The notes under the pieces were generated by a model. The model was not told the DNA's origin. It saw only the letters and a program-made list of their open reading frames with translations, and searched no databases. A stretch of 15,374 bases of DNA from Octopus sinensis (lineage: Eukaryota). This document shows, piece by piece, positions 12,600 through 15,374 of this stretch. The DNA lies in the NCBI RefSeq assembly GCF_006345805.1, contig NW_021825456.1, forward strand, positions 1 to 15,374, given 5' to 3'. Made by a program: the position numbers and the translations under genes. Each line of letters opens with the position of its first letter. Position 1 is the first letter of the stretch.

Positions 12600-13326
12600 A
12601 TCTCAGGTCCCCATGTCTTCAAATCTTGGACATCTCTTAATTGCATAATATATACGCAATTTATTATATTATCTAGGGTACCCGAATGACCTAAAATCTA
12701 AGGACAATTCTTAATTGATTATATATTACGCAATTTATTGATAATCTCAGGTACTCCCATGTTCTCACATCTTGAGCCGCTCACAAATTGAAAATATATT
12801 ACGTAATTCATTAAATAATCTCAAGGACCCCCATGTCTTCAAACTATGGACATTCTTAATTGCATAATATAATACGCAAGTTATATATTTATCTGGGTAC
12901 CCGAATGACCTAAAATCTAAGGACAATTTAATTGCATTATATATTACGCAATTATTAATAATCTCAGGTACTCAATGTTCTCACATCTTGGACGCTCACA
13001 ATTGTAAAATATTATTACGTAATTCATTAAATAATCTCAAGGACCCCATGTCTTCAAATCTAGGGACATCTCTTAATTGCATACTATAGAACGCAAGTAA
13101 TTACATAATCTCAAGTACACCATAATCCTAACATCTAGAAACCTTCCAAATTACTAATATATGAACTAAATTACATAAACTCAAGTATTCCCATGTTCTC
13201 ACATCTTGAGACGCTTCCAAATTGTAAAATATGTTAGGCTATTCTTTTAAAATGTCAAGTACACCCATTTTCTCACATCTAGAGACCTTCCAAATTACAT
13301 TATATATTATGAAATTAATAAACATA

Positions 13327-13698
13327 ATCTCAAGTACTCCCATGTTCTCACATCTGAGACGCTCACAAATTGTAAAATATATTACAAAATTCATTAAATA
13401 ATCTAAAGTACCCCAATGTCTTCCAATCTAGGGACATCTTTTAACTGCACAATATATAACGCAATATATTACATAATCTCAAGTACACCCGTTTTCTCAC
13501 ATCTAGAGACCTTCCAAATTACATTATATATTATTAAATTAATTACATAATCTCAAGTACTCCCATTTTTTCACATCTAGAGACCTTCCAAATTACATTA
13601 TATATAATGAAATTAATTACATAATCTCAAGTACTCCCATGTTCTCACATCTAGAGACGCTCCCAAATTGTAAAATATATTACGCAATTTATTAAATA
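13327..13698. repeat. A-B-D-D-A block, copy 1; recurs 1189 bp (16 monomers) downstream
   Basis: Monomer starts 13327/13401/13476/13550/13624 map to 14516/14590/14665/14739/14813 (all +1189). Shared private variants: TATTAAATTAATT, TATATAATGAAA, A with ATCTAGAGACGC. Confidence 0.85.
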
Positions 13699-14515
13699 AT
13701 CTCAAGTACCCCCATGTCTTCAAATCTATGGACATCTCTTATTGCATAATATATACGCAATTATTATATAATCTAGGGTACCCGAATGACCTCAAATCTA
13801 AGACAATTCCTTAATTGCATTATATATTACGCAATTATTATATAATCTCAGGTACTCATTGTTCTCACATCTTGAGACGCTCACAAATTGTAAAATATAT
13901 TACGTAATTCATTAAATAATCTCAAGGACCCCCATGTCTTCAAATCTAGGGACATCTCTTAATTGCATAATATATAACGAAATTAATTACATAATCTCAA
14001 GTACACCCATTTCCTAACATCTAGAGACCTTCCAAATTACATTATATATTATGAAATGAATTACATAAACTCAAGTACTCCCATGTTCTCACATCTTGAG
14101 ACGCTCCCAAATTGTAAAATATGTTAGGCAATTCATTAAATAATCTAAAGTACCCCAATGTCTTCCAATCTAGGGACATCTCTTAATTGCATAATATATA
14201 ACGCAATATATTACATAATCTGAAGCACATCCATTTTCTCACATCTAGAGACCTTCCAAATTACATTATATATTATGAAATTAATTACATAATCTCAAGT
14301 ATTCCCATGTTCTCACATCTTGAGACGCTCACAAATTGTAAAATATATTACACAATTCATTAAATAATCTAAAGTACCCCAATGTCTTCCAATCTAGGGA
14401 CATCTCTTAATTGCATAATATATAACGCAATATATTACATAATCTCAAGTACACCCATTTTCTCACATCTAGAGACCTTCCAAAATACATTATATATTAT
14501 GAAATTAATTACATA

Positions 14516-14887
14516 ATCTCAAGTACTCCCATGTTCTCACATCTGAGACGCTCACAAATTGTAAAATATATTACACAATTCATTAAATAATCTAAAGTAC
14601 CCCAATGTCTTCCAATCTAGGGACATCTCTTAATTGCATAATATATAACGCAATATATTACATAATCTCAAGTACACCCATTTTCTCACATCTAGAGACC
14701 TTCCAAATTACATTATATATTATTAAATTAATTACATAATCTCAAGTACTCCTATTTCCTCACATCTAGAGACCTTCCAAATTACATTATATATAATGAA
14801 ATTAATTACATAATCTCAAGTACTCCCATGTTCTCACATCTAGAGACGCTCCCAAATTGTAAAATATATTACGCAATTCATTAAATA
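14516..14887. repeat. A-B-D-D-A block, copy 2
   Basis: See 13327-13698; identical order and diagnostic variants. Confidence 0.85.
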
Positions 14888-15374
14888 ATCTCAAGTACCC
14901 CCATGTCTTCAAATCTAGGGACATGTCTTATTTGCATAATATATAACGCAATTAATTACATAATCTCAATTACACCCATTTTCTCACATCTAGAGACCTT
15001 CCAATTACATATTATTATTATGAAATTAATTACATAATCTCAAGTACTCCCATGTTCTCACATCTTGAGACGCTCACAAATTGTAAAATATATTACGTAA
15101 TTCATTAAATAATCTCAAGGACCCCCATGTCTTCAAATCTAGGGACATCTCTTAATTGCATAATATATAACGCAATTAATTACATAATCTCAAGTACACC
15201 CATTTCCTAACATCTAGAGACCTTCCAAATTACATTATATATTATGAAATTAATTACATAAACTCAAGTACTCCCATGTTCTCACATCTTGAGACGCTCC
15301 CAAATTGTAAAATATATTAGGCAATTCATTAAATAATCTAAAGTACCCCAATGTCTTCCATCTAGGGACATCTC

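Larger units (their letters stand above)
1..15374. repeat. Tandem satellite DNA array, 74-75-bp monomer, ~207 full copies, four monomer classes (A, B, C, D), head-to-tail in one orientation
   Basis: ATCTCAAGTAC-like heads recur every 74-75 bp with no unique intervening DNA (e.g. starts at 10020, 10094, 10169, 10243, 10318, 10393, 10468, 10543, 10618, 10693, 10767). Consensus A: ATCTCAAGTACTCCCATGTTCTCACATCTTGAGACGCTCCCAAATTGTAAAATATATTACGCAATTCATTAAATA. B: ATCTCAAGTACCCCCATGTCTTCAAATCTAGGGACATCTCTTAATTGCATAATATATAACGCAATTAATTACATA. C: ATCTAGGGTACCCGAATGACCTAAAATCTAAGGACAATTCTTAATTGCATTATATATTACGCAATTTATTATATA. D: ATCTCAAGTACACCCATTTTCTCACATCTAGAGACCTTCCAAATTACATTATATATTATGAAATTAATTACATA. Hand alignment: A/D 14, B/C 15, A/B 17, A/C 23 differences per 75 positions. 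Confidence 0.98.

Noticed and set aside
1-15374. CRISPR array (regular repeats with AT-rich intervals)
   Set aside because: The would-be spacers are themselves repeated and homologous in every unit. There are no unique spacers, no leader and no cas genes in the window.
1-15374. MITE or transposon termini suggested by the inverted repeats
   Set aside because: Inverted arms are only 5-8 bp and internal to each monomer. No target-site duplications, discrete element boundaries or transposase.
1-15374. TATA-like or promoter elements and (AT)n microsatellites in AT-rich halves
   Set aside because: TATATA stretches are at most ~4 units, fixed parts of the monomer, and have no associated gene.
1-15374. 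Tandem tRNA or other structural RNA genes (75-bp unit length)
   Set aside because: No cloverleaf, no T-loop (GTTCRA) or D-loop consensus, no Pol III A/B boxes recognisable; GC content is too low.
1-15374. Assignment to a named satellite family, organism or CENP-B box
   Set aside because: I do not recognise the consensus and see no canonical CENP-B box. A Dfam/Repbase/BLAST search is required.

Overview
The whole 15,374-bp window is one uninterrupted, single-orientation, AT-rich (~30% GC from consensus monomers) tandem satellite array, most likely eukaryotic. I see no credible genes, RNA genes, CRISPR array or transposon. By hand I count ~207 complete 74-75-bp monomers plus two partial ends. 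They fall into four classes: A (GTTCTCACATCTTGAGACGCTC), B (GTCTTC[C/A]AATCTA[G/T/C]GGACATCTC), C (GGGTACCCGAATGACCTAAAATCTAAGGACAATTC) and D (CATTT[T/C]CT[C/A]ACATCTAGAGACCTTCC, 74 bp). The consensus pairs I compared are ~69-81% identical. Classes follow a near-strict order (A-B, then D or C; base trimer ~224 bp) and build variable higher-order repeats (HORs): 18-mer, 13-mer, a two-copy 31-mer of ~2.3 kb, and a 16-monomer recurrence. Every monomer carries an AATT-N16-AATT dyad. This looks like an actively reshuffling HOR satellite; a centromeric or pericentromeric role is plausible but cannot be shown from sequence alone. Many small indels look like long-read error, so single-copy variants and coordinates (a few bp) are uncertain. 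I cannot name the organism or satellite family.
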